Of a stretch of 53,968 bases of DNA, positions 24,730 to 38,217 are shown one piece after another. The translations under genes were made by a program, and so were the position numbers. Under the pieces are notes generated by a model, which had not been told where the DNA came from, did no database searches, and saw nothing but the letters and a program-made list of their open reading frames with translations. The DNA is taken from NCBI RefSeq assembly GCF_006345805.1, contig NW_021833833.1, forward strand, positions 1 through 53,968. Reading direction: 5' to 3'. This stretch comes from Octopus sinensis (lineage: Eukaryota). The first letter of the stretch is position 1. Each line of letters opens with the position of its first letter.

Positions 24730-25500
24730 CCTTCAGTGTCTAGACCAGATGAAGGACATGGATGGACAATGGAAGCTGGAATTACGAAGATGAAGAGGAC
24801 AGAGGGTGAAGTGATGCCCAGTCAATTGATGCATATTCTGGAAGAAGAACTTGAAGATGAAACTTGCGCATCAGATTCTGACCCTGATAGTGGCAGTGAA
24901 CTTAATGAAAGTGATTTTCTTGACAGAGTAGGATCGGACAGTGATACTGAAAGCGATGGTAATGATTATTAATCGAACACTTGAAATGACTTATGAATGT
25001 AATAGATGGTCCACAAATAATGTTGTCATCTTTGACAATTATGTGGCGTATGTGGATGGGACGAAGTCCAATGCATTACAAAGTTAAAGAAACTGTCCTG
25101 AAAATAAGATACAACCAGGTAAGAATTAGGGTGGATGATTACTGGAAATGTGTTAATTTAAATTTTGATGATCCGAAGGTTGCTCAGCTGAGATTTCTAA
25201 CTCAACTTTAAAGTAAACTCAGGAATTAATTGTTTTACACTTGAAATGGATCTTGAGAGATAGAAAGTATTATACAAGCCGGCATTTGTTTCAATATTAA
25301 AATCATATGGCACATTTCATAACGACCATGTATAACAAACTGCTATGATGTAGGTAGGGTCGACTTTTGCTTACTTTTGACTTCAACAACCTCTTTGACG
25401 AAAATATTTTGATGCTTCATTTTATAGATCAGCTCAAATATCATCTTCTGTGGTCATTTGCAATGATTCAAGGAATGATCCCAAAGTACGACTTGCTGGA
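24730..25500 (+). mobile_element. Possible piggyBac-like transposase remnant (acidic N-terminus)
   Basis: Asp/Glu/Ser-rich peptide at 24736-24972 followed by FNNLFDENIL, which resembles the piggyBac F.LFFD..I motif. No TIRs were identified. Confidence 0.35.
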
Positions 25501-26286
25501 CTTCACCTTACTTTTATTCAACACATTCAGCAACACGTACAAAACAGTATGCAAATGTGCAGAATTATCTCACATTTCACGGGGTAAACAACACTTATTT
25601 TCAATTTTCTTTTTACTTCTGGTATTAAAAAGCAAATGTAAACCTTCGTTTTGATTAATTTTCAGAAAACCTTATATGGTTTTGGTGATAAATAAAACTT
25701 GTGAATGCGAGGTATTATAGATAAAGGGGAAACTTCGTGTCTTTTTAACCTCTGCTGAGCTTTTTACAGAATAAATTTGCTTATCATTTACATGTACTTG
25801 TAGATCTTGACCAAGCAATCATTTTAAGTAGTCATTTGAAATATTTTGACGAAGAGTTGTAAAGTTGGAGCTGTTTGAATTTTCCATACTCTTAATTTTC
25901 TGCCTCCAGCTGTAAAAATGGGCGTGGTGTCTTCCATCCCAGTTTTTTCGCTGGCAACATTAATTTTCTGACTTGTTAGACCCCAGGGCTACATGAAAAT
26001 ACTCATTAAAGTAAATCACAAGCCTGGTGCATCATGACCTCCACTAGCCCATGGCCTATATTGGAATGTGTGAAAGTAATTCCAAATATGATGCACCAAC
26101 AATCTTCTTTCAAACACAAAGTTAAAAAGGAAAGTACAAAGCTAGGATGTCATATCTAAAGCCTAAAGGAGAGAATTTTACCACAAAGCGTTAAGTGGAG
26201 CATCGTAGAACGATCTAAGCTATACTCCAACATGCGTGTGTATAAATACACACACACACACACACACGAATGTGTATGTATATATG

Positions 26287-26336
<50 letters not shown>

Positions 26337-26667
26337 GTGTGTGTGTGTGTGGTGTGTGTGTGTGTGTGCATTTAACATATATATGTTAGTGTACGTACAT
26401 AACTGAATATGGTGTATAGTATACAACTGTATGTACACAGCTGTTTGGTCGGGTTATACTACATTGAAATGGCCAACTTAGGATCTACCACCGTGTTGCT
26501 CCCCAATTTGTGGGAATTGGGAAATCTAACATGAAGAAAACTTTGCTGGCAATTAAATCTGTCTCACTCACCATACCATCTCAAGTTCAAGTACACTTAA
26601 AGCCTTAATCCACCTCCTACCAGCAAGCTCTGTAAATACCCGAAGCTCAACATCTACCGACCACAGT

Positions 26668-26704
<37 letters not shown>

Positions 26705-27141
26705 TAGCCGTCAGTTGCCTTTGAACCCTTACACCAACTCGGCCTACTTTCCCACCTTCCTCATTCTCGCTTCATTCTTTCCCTCTCCTATGCTACAATC
26801 ACCTCCATGATGATTGCACGACTGACCAACCTTTACGCCAGAATTAGATCTGGTCTCAAGATCGTGTTCAACACTTCTGACAGTATAGTCTGCTTCTGTT
26901 TCTCATCCACTAACACCTCTCAGTCATTTGACATTCCTAACAGCCCTCAAACAACAAATGAGAGAGAGAGAGAGAGAGAGGTGTGTGTATATGTGTGTGT
27001 TCTGGTTTTTTTCCTGTTTTTTTTTTGTCCTTTGACAATTCTATTACCTTTCTTTTATTGTGGTCCCTAATTCTTATTCCCTTGTACCGTATTAAAAGTA
27101 ACTTCTGCTAGCTGCCTGTGTACTTGATTGTTCCTCTACAT

Positions 27142-27745
27142 CCGTGGTTCTCAACCGGGGTCCATAAGACTCCTGAGGAGCCCATATTTTTGGTGGTCCA
27201 CACCAGCAAAATAGTAAATTGAGGATCCACAGTAGTATTTTTAAGGGTCCATGAAATATTTTGATTTTGACGTATTTATTGCAAGAAACAGATAGCTTTC
27301 TTACCTTAATGTTTTACCATACTTCAACCTCGTTCACAAGTTAATGTGTGAAAAATAAAATAGGAATTTTGAAAGAAGTATCTATAACATTAGTTTTTAA
27401 ACATCAAAGAGCCGGTTTCCCGGTTTCCTTGGCGTATAGGTTCCCCACCTGGACGGGACGCCGGTCCGTCACAGGTGAGCTGCAAGAGGAAAGAGTGAGA
27501 GAAAGTTGTGGCGAAAGAGTCAGCAGAAGTTCGCCATTACTTTGCGCCGGAGCCGCGTGGAGCTTAGGTGTTTCACTCATAAACACACATATCGCCCGGT
27601 CTGAGATTCAAACCCGCGATCTCTCGACCGCGAGTCTGCTGCTCTAACCACTAGGCCATGTGCCTTCACAGGGTATGGTAGGTTCACCAGAGTATAATAA
27701 CAAACAAAGGGGTCCGTAGGTAAAAAAGATGGTTGAAAACTGCTG
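27142..27745. mobile_element. hAT (Charlie-like) MITE with a nested SINE
   Basis: Imperfect TIRs cCGTGGTTCTCAACC (27142) and GGTTGAAAACTGCTG (27731-27745). The 8-bp TSD is not conserved. Confidence 0.6.
27402..27668 (-). mobile_element. SINE family B (variant with ggaaacc-repeat 3' end)
   Basis: Reverse-strand tRNA head (ctaaccactaggccatgtgcc) and a tail similar to the 28277 and 32012 copies. Confidence 0.75.
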
Positions 27746-27879
27746 CGATAAAGGATGTGAGAAGCACTCCGCAGTAAGACTATTCCTGATTCCGAGACTA
27801 CCATGACTACTAAAAGAAATTGCACCCTCTGCGTGTGTTATTTCCTCATCTTTTAAAATTCAGTTGAAATGACAACATA

Positions 27880-28260
27880 ATAGATGTAGAACCAATTACA
27901 AAACAGATTTGCCCCTGCTTAGAGTGAGAGTAGATCGTTCTGTCAGATTGACCTTACTGACATTTAAAGTAGATCGTTCCATGTGATGCGCTTCTAATTC
28001 ACTTCGACCCAACGTAATCATGCACACTGACCTTCTTGCACCACTGCCTTTGTGACCCCAGCTCTTTACATCTTTCTTTCTAACAGCTTCTACGACGAAA
28101 TCCTACAGCCCCTTCCAACCTTGCATAGTGAGCCACTGCTTTCTAAGCAGATAACCCACGTCTTTCCTGCCAATTTGTGCTGTACACAAGTTCTTCCATT
28201 TTGTATATAGCTTCTTCTGCTTTCCTCTTTACGTCCAGTACAAATTGGAGGCCTTGTCTG
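27880..28260 (-). mobile_element. Possible remnant of an RLE-type non-LTR retrotransposon C-terminus
   Basis: Minus-strand peptides KRKAEEAIYKMEELV and a frameshifted VG.GCRGF..RS-like motif. Confidence 0.35.
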
Positions 28261-28276
28261 GCAATAGTTACATTGT

Positions 28277-28505
28277 AGAGGCGCGTGGCTTAGTGGTTAG
28301 GGTAAGATTGTGGTTTCAATTCCTGGACGGGGTGACGCGTTCTTAAGCAAAACATTTCCTTTCATGTTGCTCCAGTTGACTCAGCTGGATAAAATGAGTT
28401 ATCCTGTGACGGAGCGGTGCCACGACCAGGTGGAGAATATATACGCCATGGAAACCAGGAAACCAGGAAACCAGCCCTTGTGAGTCGAACGACTCGAGGA
28501 GGTAA
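28277..28505 (+). mobile_element. SINE family B variant
   Basis: gaggcgcgtggcttagtggttaggg head; ggaaacca repeated near the 3' end. Confidence 0.7.
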
Positions 28506-28605
28506 CTATATCTTCTTTCAATAGTTGCATTTCCAGAGTACCTCATCACCATCACCCAAGGAACTTTGCCCGATTTGAATATTTATGTGAGTGTGTGTGA
28601 TCATA

Positions 28606-29020
28606 TCTCTCTTTACTCTTTTACTTGTTTCAGTCATTTGACTGCGGCCATGCTGGAGCACCGCCTTTAGTCGAGCAAATCGACCCCGGAACTTATTCTT
28701 TGTAAGCCCAGTACTTATTCTATCGGTTTCTTTTGCCGAACCGCTAAGTGACGGGGACGTAAACACATCAGCATCGGTTGTCAAGCAATGCTAGGGGGAC
28801 AAACACAGACACACAAACACACACAGACACAAACACACACACACACATATATATACTTATATACGACAGGCTTCTTTCAGTTTCCGTCTACCAAATCCAC
28901 TTACAAGGCCTTGGTCGGCCCGGGGCTATAGCAGAAGACACTTGCCCAAGATGCCACGCAGTGGGACTGAACCCGGAACCATGTGGTTGGTAAGCAAGCT
29001 ACTTACCACACAGCCACTCC
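28606..29020 (-). mobile_element. SINE family A, full length
   Basis: A-box and B-box head at 28960-29020 on the minus strand; near-identical to 36341-36752. Confidence 0.9.
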
Positions 29021-29574
29021 ATATATAATTATTAATTTAATATATAAATTGCTTATTTCCATGCTGACTACCTAATAATTATAATTAACGTTATTTTTAT
29101 CCATATTTTATGAATATATATATATGTATATATAAAGAGAGAGAGAGAGAGGGAGAGGCATATATGTATATGGTACAAAAAACAGCAATAAACACCACAC
29201 TAAAATATATGTACTGTGGTTAGGATATTGCACTCACGATCGTTAGATCATGCGTTCGATTCTCGAACTGAGTCCACTCAGCTGTAATTGGGTAACCCTA
29301 CGGCGTAATAGCCCTCCGACCAAGGGAGTAGCATCATTCGAAATCTAAAACAATGCGCGTCGCTTTGTAACTGGCGATGTATGATCGATACCGGGACACC
29401 GTGATGTATATATATATATAATACAAAATGGGACAAGAACGCAAAACATCCAGACAGTTAGGTGATACAAAAAAGGGACAACAAAACATCCAGACAGATG
29501 ATACAAAGAAAACAAGGACGAGTCATTAGGATTTTTTTCCTTAGTCGATTTCCAGATTATCTTTGCAATTTCGG

Positions 29575-29577
29575 CTG

Positions 29578-29609
<32 letters not shown>

Positions 29610-29668
29610 TGTATATATATATATGTGTACATATTGTATATATATATATATAATATATATATATATAA

Positions 29669-29716
<48 letters not shown>

Positions 29717-29750
29717 TATATATATATAGTATATATATATATAATATATA

Positions 29751-29781
<31 letters not shown>

Positions 29782-29787
29782 ATTATA

Positions 29788-29825
<38 letters not shown>

Positions 29826-29866
29826 TATATATATATATATATATATATTGTATATATATATATATA

Positions 29867-29923
<57 letters not shown>

Positions 29924-29967
29924 TATATATATATATATGTATATATATATATGTATATATATATATT

Positions 29968-30017
<50 letters not shown>

Positions 30018-30095
30018 ATATATATGTATATGTATATATTGTATATATATAATTATATATTTATATATGCATATATATATATATATATATATATA
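29575..30095. repeat. ~520-bp (TA)n microsatellite
   Basis: Direct inspection. Confidence 0.95.
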
Positions 30096-30099
30096 TTGT

Positions 30100-30310
30100 C
30101 AAATCAAATAAACGCACAATAAAATTAACAATACAAACAACAACAAGACGTGGACAAGGAATGTATTAGTTTGAGGCTCAATAAAAAGAGAGACCTTTTG
30201 ATGTTTCGAGTACAGCTCTTCGTCTGAAAGGAAAAAAGGGAAATGTCCAAGAAGAGGAAATAAAATCACCAACAGCACGTGTATAGTTACTATCAGGCCG
30301 GGTTTTTTTC
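30100..30310 (-). mobile_element. Penelope-like terminal-repeat fragment carrying a degenerate hammerhead motif
   Basis: Minus strand reads CCTTT CAGACGA A GAG CTGTA CTC GAAAC ATC AAAAGG (30195-30232), a minimal type I hammerhead skeleton with two core changes. Confidence 0.45.
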
Positions 30311-30579
30311 TTTTTCCATGATAGAGGGTATCGAGGACTATATTATCCTTCCAGTTATAATTCAGTTGCATATGAATTAAGAGAAATTTGGTTGCTATTT
30401 CTTTCAGGTCGAGCAACTTATACACGTTGAGAGCGCACTGACAGGTCTACTGAGCAGGCAGCAGTTCAAATCACGTCATGAACACTACACTGTATCCGTA
30501 GACAAGTCACATGACTTTTTTCAGTCCAATCTGTTCAATTCTTTGTAGGTATAACAGAGTAATATTACTGATGTGAGTG

Positions 30580-30820
30580 AAGGCTGCGAGCTAGCAGAAT
30601 CGTGAACACGCTGGGCGAAATGCTTAGCGCAATTCAAGTTCGTCTTCACGTACAAGCTGGCAGAATCGCTAGCACGCGAGTTCAAATTCCTCCGAGTTCG
30701 ACTTCACTTTTCATCCTTTCGGGATCGATAAAATAAGTACCAGTTGAGCACTGTGGTCGACATAATCGACTTACATCTCTCCCAAAATGCTGGCCTTGTG
30801 CCAAAATTCGAAATCAATAT
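30580..30820 (+). mobile_element. SINE family C with a duplicated head
   Basis: gctagcagaatcg... occurs twice (about 30590 and 30655), followed by the family C body. Confidence 0.75.
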
Positions 30821-32011
30821 TGCTGATGTGTGTAGGAACACCTCTAAGAAATTGCACAGTTGAATCTCTGTTTACGAGAAACGCTCTGACCTCTGCAGTG
30901 AACCGACAGTAATCAGAAAATAACTGTATTGTTGTTATTATAATTTTGTTTCCTAGACAATGAAATAAGTACCTCACGATCACTGGGGGCGATGTAACCG
31001 ACTAAACTCCCCCTTTGAAAATTTCAGACTTTGTGCCTGTAGTAAGAAGGTTTATTGTTGTACTTAATCTCATTTAAGTTCAGTTATGTTCCATAAGCCC
31101 TTTGGTTAAAAATGTTTCGGATATGACCATCTCATCTTTTATTCAGACACAGTGTATTTAGAATTACATTATCTAATTACATTATCCTTCGTTTTTTTTT
31201 TTTAAATGGATAGACTGTAATTTGAGTGAGAGTTTGCTGTTACTTTTAGCAGATCAAGTCGATTATACTTTACCAGATGGCCTGGTGTGGAACAATTATC
31301 TGGACCTCAGTCAGGAGGAACGTGTAATAAACTTGGTCATAAAAGAAATAGAATTCTTACTGAGTCTGACATAATAGATTCTTCGTCTAGCTGAAACCCA
31401 AGGATAAATGTGGGAACTTTTAGTCTGCAAAAGTTTCGTCAAAGTCTCTTTTCCCAGTCAATCTTGTAGGCTAACTTAATACTTGTCTGACTCCTGCTTT
31501 GTTTTTATAGATGCCCTTAACACCTGTAAAAACAAGTTGTATTTATATACAAATTACGTGATTTGCCTCTGTAATAGCAACGGAAAGGGAACAAATGTCC
31601 TTGAGACAATCAAGTTGTCAAGATGAAAGGCTGACAAAGGTGACGTTTGAGCCATCACAATTGCAAAACATTAGTTTTAGCAAAGGAAAAATAATCTGTC
31701 CCTGTAACTTTGCGGTTCAGCAAAAGAGTCCGATAGAATAAGTACCAGGTTTTAATTAAAAATAAGTACTGGGGTCAATACATTCGACTAAAAATTCTTC
31801 AAGGCGGTGCCCCAGCATGGCCGCAGTCTCATGAGTGAATCTCTTTCGTAAACAAAGCACTACGAGAAGAAATGCGCGGAATAATACACGCTCTAAGTAA
31901 CAACGGCGATTCTAATAAACTGATATACCAAGCCATAGAACATAATAAACACAAATCGAAATATAATAAATACATCAGACACCACATTTATTAAAAATAC
32001 ATAAACTACAC

Positions 32012-32240
32012 AGGAGGCGCGTGGCTTAGTGGATAAAGTGTTGGCATCATCATCGCAAGCTTGTGGTTTCGATTTCTGGATTGAGCGACTCGTTGTGTAT
32101 TTCATTTCACATTGCTCCAGTCCACTCTGTTGGCAAAAATGAGTGATCCTACGACGGACCAGGTTGGGGAATATACACACTATGGAAACCTGGGAAACAG
32201 ACCCATGAGTCCATATGACTTGGCAAGAACCTTGACCCGT
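32012..32240 (+). mobile_element. SINE family B variant
   Basis: Head ggaggcgcgtggcttagtgg; same 3' module as 28277-28505. Confidence 0.7.
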
Positions 32241-32338
32241 TTTTTTTTGTCTTGTTTTATAAACCACACGTAAGGTGGATTACATGGAATATAGAATAGT
32301 TAAACACAAAATCAAAAACTTTATAAGAGAGAACAGGT

Positions 32339-32760
32339 GCAGGAGTGGCTGTTCTGGTAAGTAGCGTGTTTGCCAACCACATGGTTCCGGGTTCAGTCCC
32401 ACTGCGTGGCACCTTGGGCAAGTGTCTTCTACTATAGCCTCGGGTCAACCAAAGCCTTGTGAGTGGATTTGGTAAACGGAAACAAAGAAGCCCGTCGTAT
32501 ATATGTATATGTATGTATATATACATATGTGTGTGTGTGTGTGTTTGTGTGTCTGTGTTTCTCCCCCCCAACATCGCTTGACAACCGATGCTGGTGTGCT
32601 TACGTCCCCGTAACTTAGCGGTTCAGCAAAAGAGACCGATAGAATAAGTACTAGGCTTACAAAGAATAAGTTCTGGGGTTGATTTGCTCGACTAAAGGCT
32701 GTGCTCCAGCATGGTCGCAGTCAAATGACTGAAACAAGTAAAAGAGTAATGAGTAAAGAG
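32339..32760 (+). mobile_element. SINE family A, full length
   Basis: Head GGAGTGGCTG..GGTAAG and B-box GGGTTCAGTCCC; tail aaaagagtaatgagtaaagag. Confidence 0.9.
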
Positions 32761-32855
32761 AGAGAGAACAGAAAATGCATTGCACAAATCCATTATTTAA
32801 CAGTAATAATGCTAAAATTAAAACCCTCCCTTTCAACAACAGACTATAAGTATCT

Positions 32856-33235
32856 GGAAGCACTCCGTCGGTTACGACGACGAGGGTTCCGGTTGATCCG
32901 ATCAACGGAACAGCCTGCTCGTGAAATTAACGTGTAAGTGGCTGAGCACTCCACAGACACGTGTACCCTTAACGTAGTTCTCGGGGATATTCAGCGTGAC
33001 ACAGAGAGTGACAAGGCCGGCCCTTTGAAATACAGGTACAACAGAAACAGGAAGTAAGAGTGAGAGAAATTTGTGGTGAAAGAGTACAGCAGGGATCACC
33101 ACCATCCCTGCCGGAGCCTCGTGCAGCTTTAGGTGTTTTAGCTCAATAAACACACACAACGCTCGGTCTGGGAATCGAAACCGCGATCCTACGACCGCGA
33201 GTCCGCTGCCCTAACCACTGGGCCATTGCGCCTCC
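32856..33235 (-). mobile_element. SINE family B, full length with target-site duplication
   Basis: 10-bp TSD ATAAGTATCT at 32846-32855 and 33236-33245. Confidence 0.9.
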
Positions 33236-33289
33236 ATAAGTATCTAAACATGTGAACAAAACTCTTATAACTGCGATTTATAATTCTCA

Positions 33290-33585
33290 GGCGCATGCGT
33301 GGCTGTGTAGTAAGGTAAGAAGCTTGCATCCCCGCCACATGGTTCTAGGTTCAGTCCCACTGCGTGGCAAGTGTCTTCTAATATAGCCTCGAGTTGACCA
33401 AAACCTTGTGAGTGGATTTGGAAGACGGAAACTGAAAGAAGCCTGTCGTATATATGTGCGTGTGTGCCTTTGTATCAGTGTTTGTCTCCTACCGCTTGAC
33501 AACCGGTGTTGATCTGTTTACGTCCCCGGAACTTATCGATTCGGCAAAAGAACCCGATAACATAAGTACTAGGCTTAAAAAATAT
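33290..33585 (+). mobile_element. SINE family A, 3'-truncated
   Basis: Similar to 32339-32660. Confidence 0.8.
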
Positions 33586-33589
33586 GTTC

Positions 33590-33946
33590 CAGTGGTTAGG
33601 GCAGCGGACTCACGGTCGGAGGCTCGCGGTTTCGATTCCCAGACCGGGCATTGTGAGTGTTTATTGAGCGAAAACACCTAAAGCTCCACGAGATTCCGGC
33701 AGGGGGTGGTGGTGAACCCTGCTGTACTCTTTCACCACAACTTTCTCTCGCTGTTTCTTCCTGTTTCTGTTGTACCTGTATTTCAAAGGGCCAGCCTTGT
33801 CACACTCTGTGTCACACTGAATCTCCTCGAGAACTACGTTAAGGGTACACGTGTCTGTGGAGTGCTCAGCCACTTGCACTTTAATATCACGAGCAAGCTG
33901 TTCCGTATCAGCTGGGACCCTCATCGTCGCAACCGACGGAGTGCTC
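33590..33946 (+). mobile_element. SINE family B, slightly 5'-truncated; inverted relative to 32856-33235
   Basis: Reverse complement aligns along its full length with the 32856-33235 copy. Confidence 0.88.
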
Positions 33947-34749
33947 CTATATACGATATTGTGAAGGCGCGCGGTTTAGTGGGTAGGATATTCGGCTAGC
34001 GATCGTTAGCTTGTGAGTTCGATTCCAGGCGGTAGCAAAAATGATTTTGAAATACCAGTATTTCAAAATGTCACATTCAGTGTCTCGCTGAATCACCCAG
34101 AGAACTACGTTAAGGGTGTGTGTGTCTGTGAAGTACTCAGCCACATGCACGTTAATTTCAGGAGCAGAACTACAAATATCGACATTTCCGTGTTATTTCA
34201 GTTTCATCGATACCGTATATTCGATTCACCCTTGGAAAGAATTCGAATTGCTGACTTAAAGTATATACATATTAGAAGCAACTCTGTAATGTGAGTATTA
34301 TCTACAGCAAAATATCAATAGTTACCATTCTCGTTCGCCTCCGGGGTAATTCGTTTCGCCTGACTTTGACGCATACGGTGTTTTCTAACGCTCTACTTCT
34401 TTTTCCCTTGGACATAATACCGCATCCTGGATGCATTTAAAAACAGACATACATTAAGTATTTGACATTGATAATGCTTATATTATATTATATTATATCA
34501 TATTATATTATATTATATTATTTTATATTATATTATAGCTTGCCCGGCTCTCTAACAGCTCGGCCAGTCCACCGCCTTGTAGTTGTCCTTCTTTTTATCG
34601 ACCTGGAAAAGTAAAGTAAACCCTGGCAAGATTTGAAGTCAGAGTGCAGAATGTCGGAACAAATATTATGAGACATTATTTCCGACGATCTGTCGACTCT
34701 GCTAATTCACCGGATTAGATTTCATGGAAAAAAAAAAAAGGCTTAATAA

Positions 34750-35080
34750 CTCTCTATTGATTAAATCAGCATCGACATTTTTTTTTATAGCTAAAACCGC
34801 CATTTTAGAAGAATGTTCAGATTCAACAGCAATGTATTCTTTGATGAGATCTTTATTAAAAATTAATGAAAAGAGATCCAATATGCCGTCAACGACGTAT
34901 TTTTGTTGTACTTTAATTTCCCCTTTCGCTTCTTCAGGTTCAGTGCCAATTTCTTCATCAAGTATGAAATTGTTGAATTAAATTCGCTGTTTTTGCTTCT
35001 CTGAATCTTCTGGATATGATTTGAATCGCATGTTTTCTGTCACTCCATGCTTCTTGACATGTTCCTCCGATGATGAATTA
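34750..35080 (-). mobile_element. Helitron-type PIF1 helicase fragment (middle of the helicase domain), pseudogenised
   Basis: Minus-strand VTENMR...*FNNFILDEEIG...KMAVLAIKKNVDADLINRE matches the LTxNMR and AILxPxNxDVDxIN helicase motifs; one in-frame stop. Confidence 0.65.
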
Positions 35081-35149
35081 CTGAAATAAACGCCGATAGC
35101 CTTTGCTCTGCTTGCTATGTTTAATTAAGCCCAATATTTATCTTTTATA

Positions 35150-35782
35150 TTTTACTAGTTTCAATCATTAGACTCCGACCATGCTAGGACGCCGCCTTGA
35201 AGGCTTTAGTCGACGAAATCGACGCCACAGCATATTTCTTAAAGCATGGTACTTATTCAATCGTTACCTTTTGTTAAACTGCTAAGTTACTGGCGCGTAA
35301 ACAGACCAACGCTGGTTGTTAAGCGGTGTTGGTAAGTAAACACACACACACACACACACACACGTATATCTTTTCTCTTTTACTTGTTTCAGCCATTAGA
35401 CTGTGACCATGCTGGGGCACCACCGTGGAGAATTTTTACTCGAATGAATCGACTCAAGTACTATTTTTTAAGCCTGGTACCTATTCTATCGGTCTTTAAC
35501 CGAACCGCTAAGTCACGAGCACGTAAACACACTAACCAGCTGTGTGTTTCCGTCACCGTTTGTCTAGCGGTGGTGGGGCACAAACACCTACGCGCGCACC
35601 CCGCCTACACACACAAAGATATACGACAAGTTTCTTTCAGTTACCGTCGAGGAAATTCACTCAGAAACCTCTGGTCGATTCAGGGCTATAGAAGACGACA
35701 TCTGCGGAAGGCGTCGCGCAGTCGGACTGAACCCAAGACCATGTGATTGGGAAGCAAACTTCTCAACCACTCAGCCACACCG
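35150..35782 (-). mobile_element. Two stacked, diverged SINE family A copies
   Basis: The family A 3' module occurs at ~35150 and ~35370; a head is present at ~35740-35782. Confidence 0.7.
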
Positions 35783-36340
35783 CGCTTTCAAAATCTTACT
35801 AAACACTACGACTGTTTTTTCCGAATGAGGTGTGTTTAAACCATGGATCCATAGTTTCCATAAGATCTCTCACGATTCCTTCCACTACTTATGAAAAAAA
35901 AAAAAATGATGTGACGATAAACTCATCCCAAAATATTAGCATCACCTTGAACGAAAGAAACAGCTTTCACACTCTGCAGTGCGATATTACATATAACACC
36001 ATTAAGTGGATTAAATGGACGGCTTAATGTAGAATAAATGGTTTTCACCCATTCGGGAAAGTAACGAAGCGACTACAGCAGTTAAAGCAACAGCTTTGCA
36101 ATGTGTCATTACTGGTGTATGGCTTTCGTCAGATCCAGTAGGCCTATCAATAAGTTTAATAATCAATTAGTAATATAACAATGTTAATACCGTGTTGATT
36201 TGTTAATATATGATTTTTTAAAATTCTGTTGTGTGTGTGTGTGGGGGGGATAATGGCTCTCGAAGCACATCACATACAGCTACAAAGAACAGCATGTAAA
36301 TATTTGGTTGAAAACGTTCGACTTTTGGTTTGAGATAGTT

Positions 36341-36752
36341 CTCTTTTACTCTTTACTCTTTTACTTGTTTCAGTCATTTGACTGCGGCCATGCTGGAGCA
36401 CCGCCTTTAATCGAGCAACTCGATCCCGGGACTTATTCTTTTGTAAGCCCAGTACTTATTCTATCGGTCTCTTTTGCCGAACCGCTAAGTGACGGGGACG
36501 CAAACACACCAGCATCGGTTGTCCAGCAATGCTAGGGAGACAAACACAGACACACAAACACACACACACATACATATATATATACATATATACGACAGGC
36601 TTCTTTCAGTTTCCGTCTACCAAATCCACTCACAAGGCATTGGTCAGCCCGGGGCTATAGCAGAAAACACTTGCCCAAGGTGCCACGCAGTGGGACTGAA
36701 CCCGGAACCCGGTTGGTTAGCAAGCTACTTACCACACAGCCACTCCTGTGCC
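36341..36752 (-). mobile_element. SINE family A, full length
   Basis: Near-identical to 28606-29020. Confidence 0.9.
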
Positions 36753-37941
36753 TTCAACTTTTTTTATTCATCATTTTGTGTTCTCTCGAAAGTTTCTAAA
36801 ATTTTGATGATGTCAACAAATATGAATTTTTGTTTTATTTGCACCCCCCCCCCCAACCCTAGCGCCGCACTAACTACTGCATCATCAAATCCTTCCTTTT
36901 CGAAATACGAAACTTTGGAAGATTTTCCTAACAAATGTTTTTCGCGAAACTGTCGTTTTAGAACAGGAGTAACAACAGTCTCTAAGGGTTTGCGAAGGCC
37001 ACGGGCATGGCTTCATTCTCCAGATCGAACTCATAAAAATTTTTTTTTAGTATTCTCTCTCTCCTTCTTTCTCCCTCTCTTCCTGCTTTCTGTCTCTTCT
37101 CTCTCTCTTCCCTCTCTCTCCTTCTCTCTTTCCTCCTCTCTCATTCTCTGTTCATCTTTTGTTTGAACTCTTTTAATCCTATTTTGGCATCTCTTGAATT
37201 TTGCCGTTTTCCTCTTTTTAGAATTTCCTATCTTATATTGTATTTTCAGCTTCTCGGACTTTTCTTCAGCTTATTACTCTTCGTTTCAGAGCAGCATGTC
37301 AGGGAAAAAGGCTTTTCCTACCCTCCATGGTTTTCCATACGTCCACACGTGCGCAGAAATACCTACGCGCATCTCGTACATTCCATTTTACAGCACTTCC
37401 TTGATACAAGTAGTCAAACACAACACGTACACATTCATGCACACACATGCTCGCACACACATTCACGTTCGCACACACGCACATACACTCACACACTCAC
37501 ACACACGCACACACACACACACACACACCACACACACACACACAGATGCATGCACACACGCACACACGCACACACACACGTGTGCTTATACACCTTTGCA
37601 TGAACGCGTTTACCCCAGCCACCTAACAATACACACACACACTTACACACACTTCACAATCATCTAGACTCTCTAACCGATGCTACCAAATTTACTTACC
37701 TACACACATCCGAACACATCCATTCACCTCACCGACGTATGCACCTGTACCGTTCCACCATATGCAAACTCTCAAGCACCACAAACATTCAAACATATGT
37801 ACTGTACTTACCAGCAGGCCTCCCCTCCACTTCTGATTTCCTCCATAGATCGGTATTTCCTGAATTTCAATCCTCCTCCTTACAATGCATCCTTCCCAAG
37901 TATTTTTTTTACTTGTTTTACTTAATATTTGTTACTGTATT

Positions 37942-37992
<51 letters not shown>

Positions 37993-38148
37993 TCCTCTCC
38001 ACTCTCTTTCTCTGGTTATTTTTTGTTTTGATAAAAGACTAGCGTCCGAATCGTTAAGAGATTCCATTTCAATTTCTCGAGCATTAAATCGATACGATAT
38101 ATGTCGTTTTTTTCTGTTTTGTTTTTTTTGTTTGTCTTTTTCACTTGC

Positions 38149-38217
<69 letters not shown>

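Noticed and set aside
26025-26098. Nested inverted repeats (ggtgcatcat/atgatgcacc) suggesting a pre-miRNA
   Set aside because: Requires a ~22-nt one-sided bulge, which is not miRNA-like.
32339-32420. tRNA-like sequences with A and B boxes (here and at many other sites)
   Set aside because: They are SINE heads continuing into SINE bodies; no complete cloverleaf was found.
36489-37166. 225-aa ORF on the + strand
   Set aside because: The first third is SINE family A sequence and the end is a CT microsatellite; no domain.
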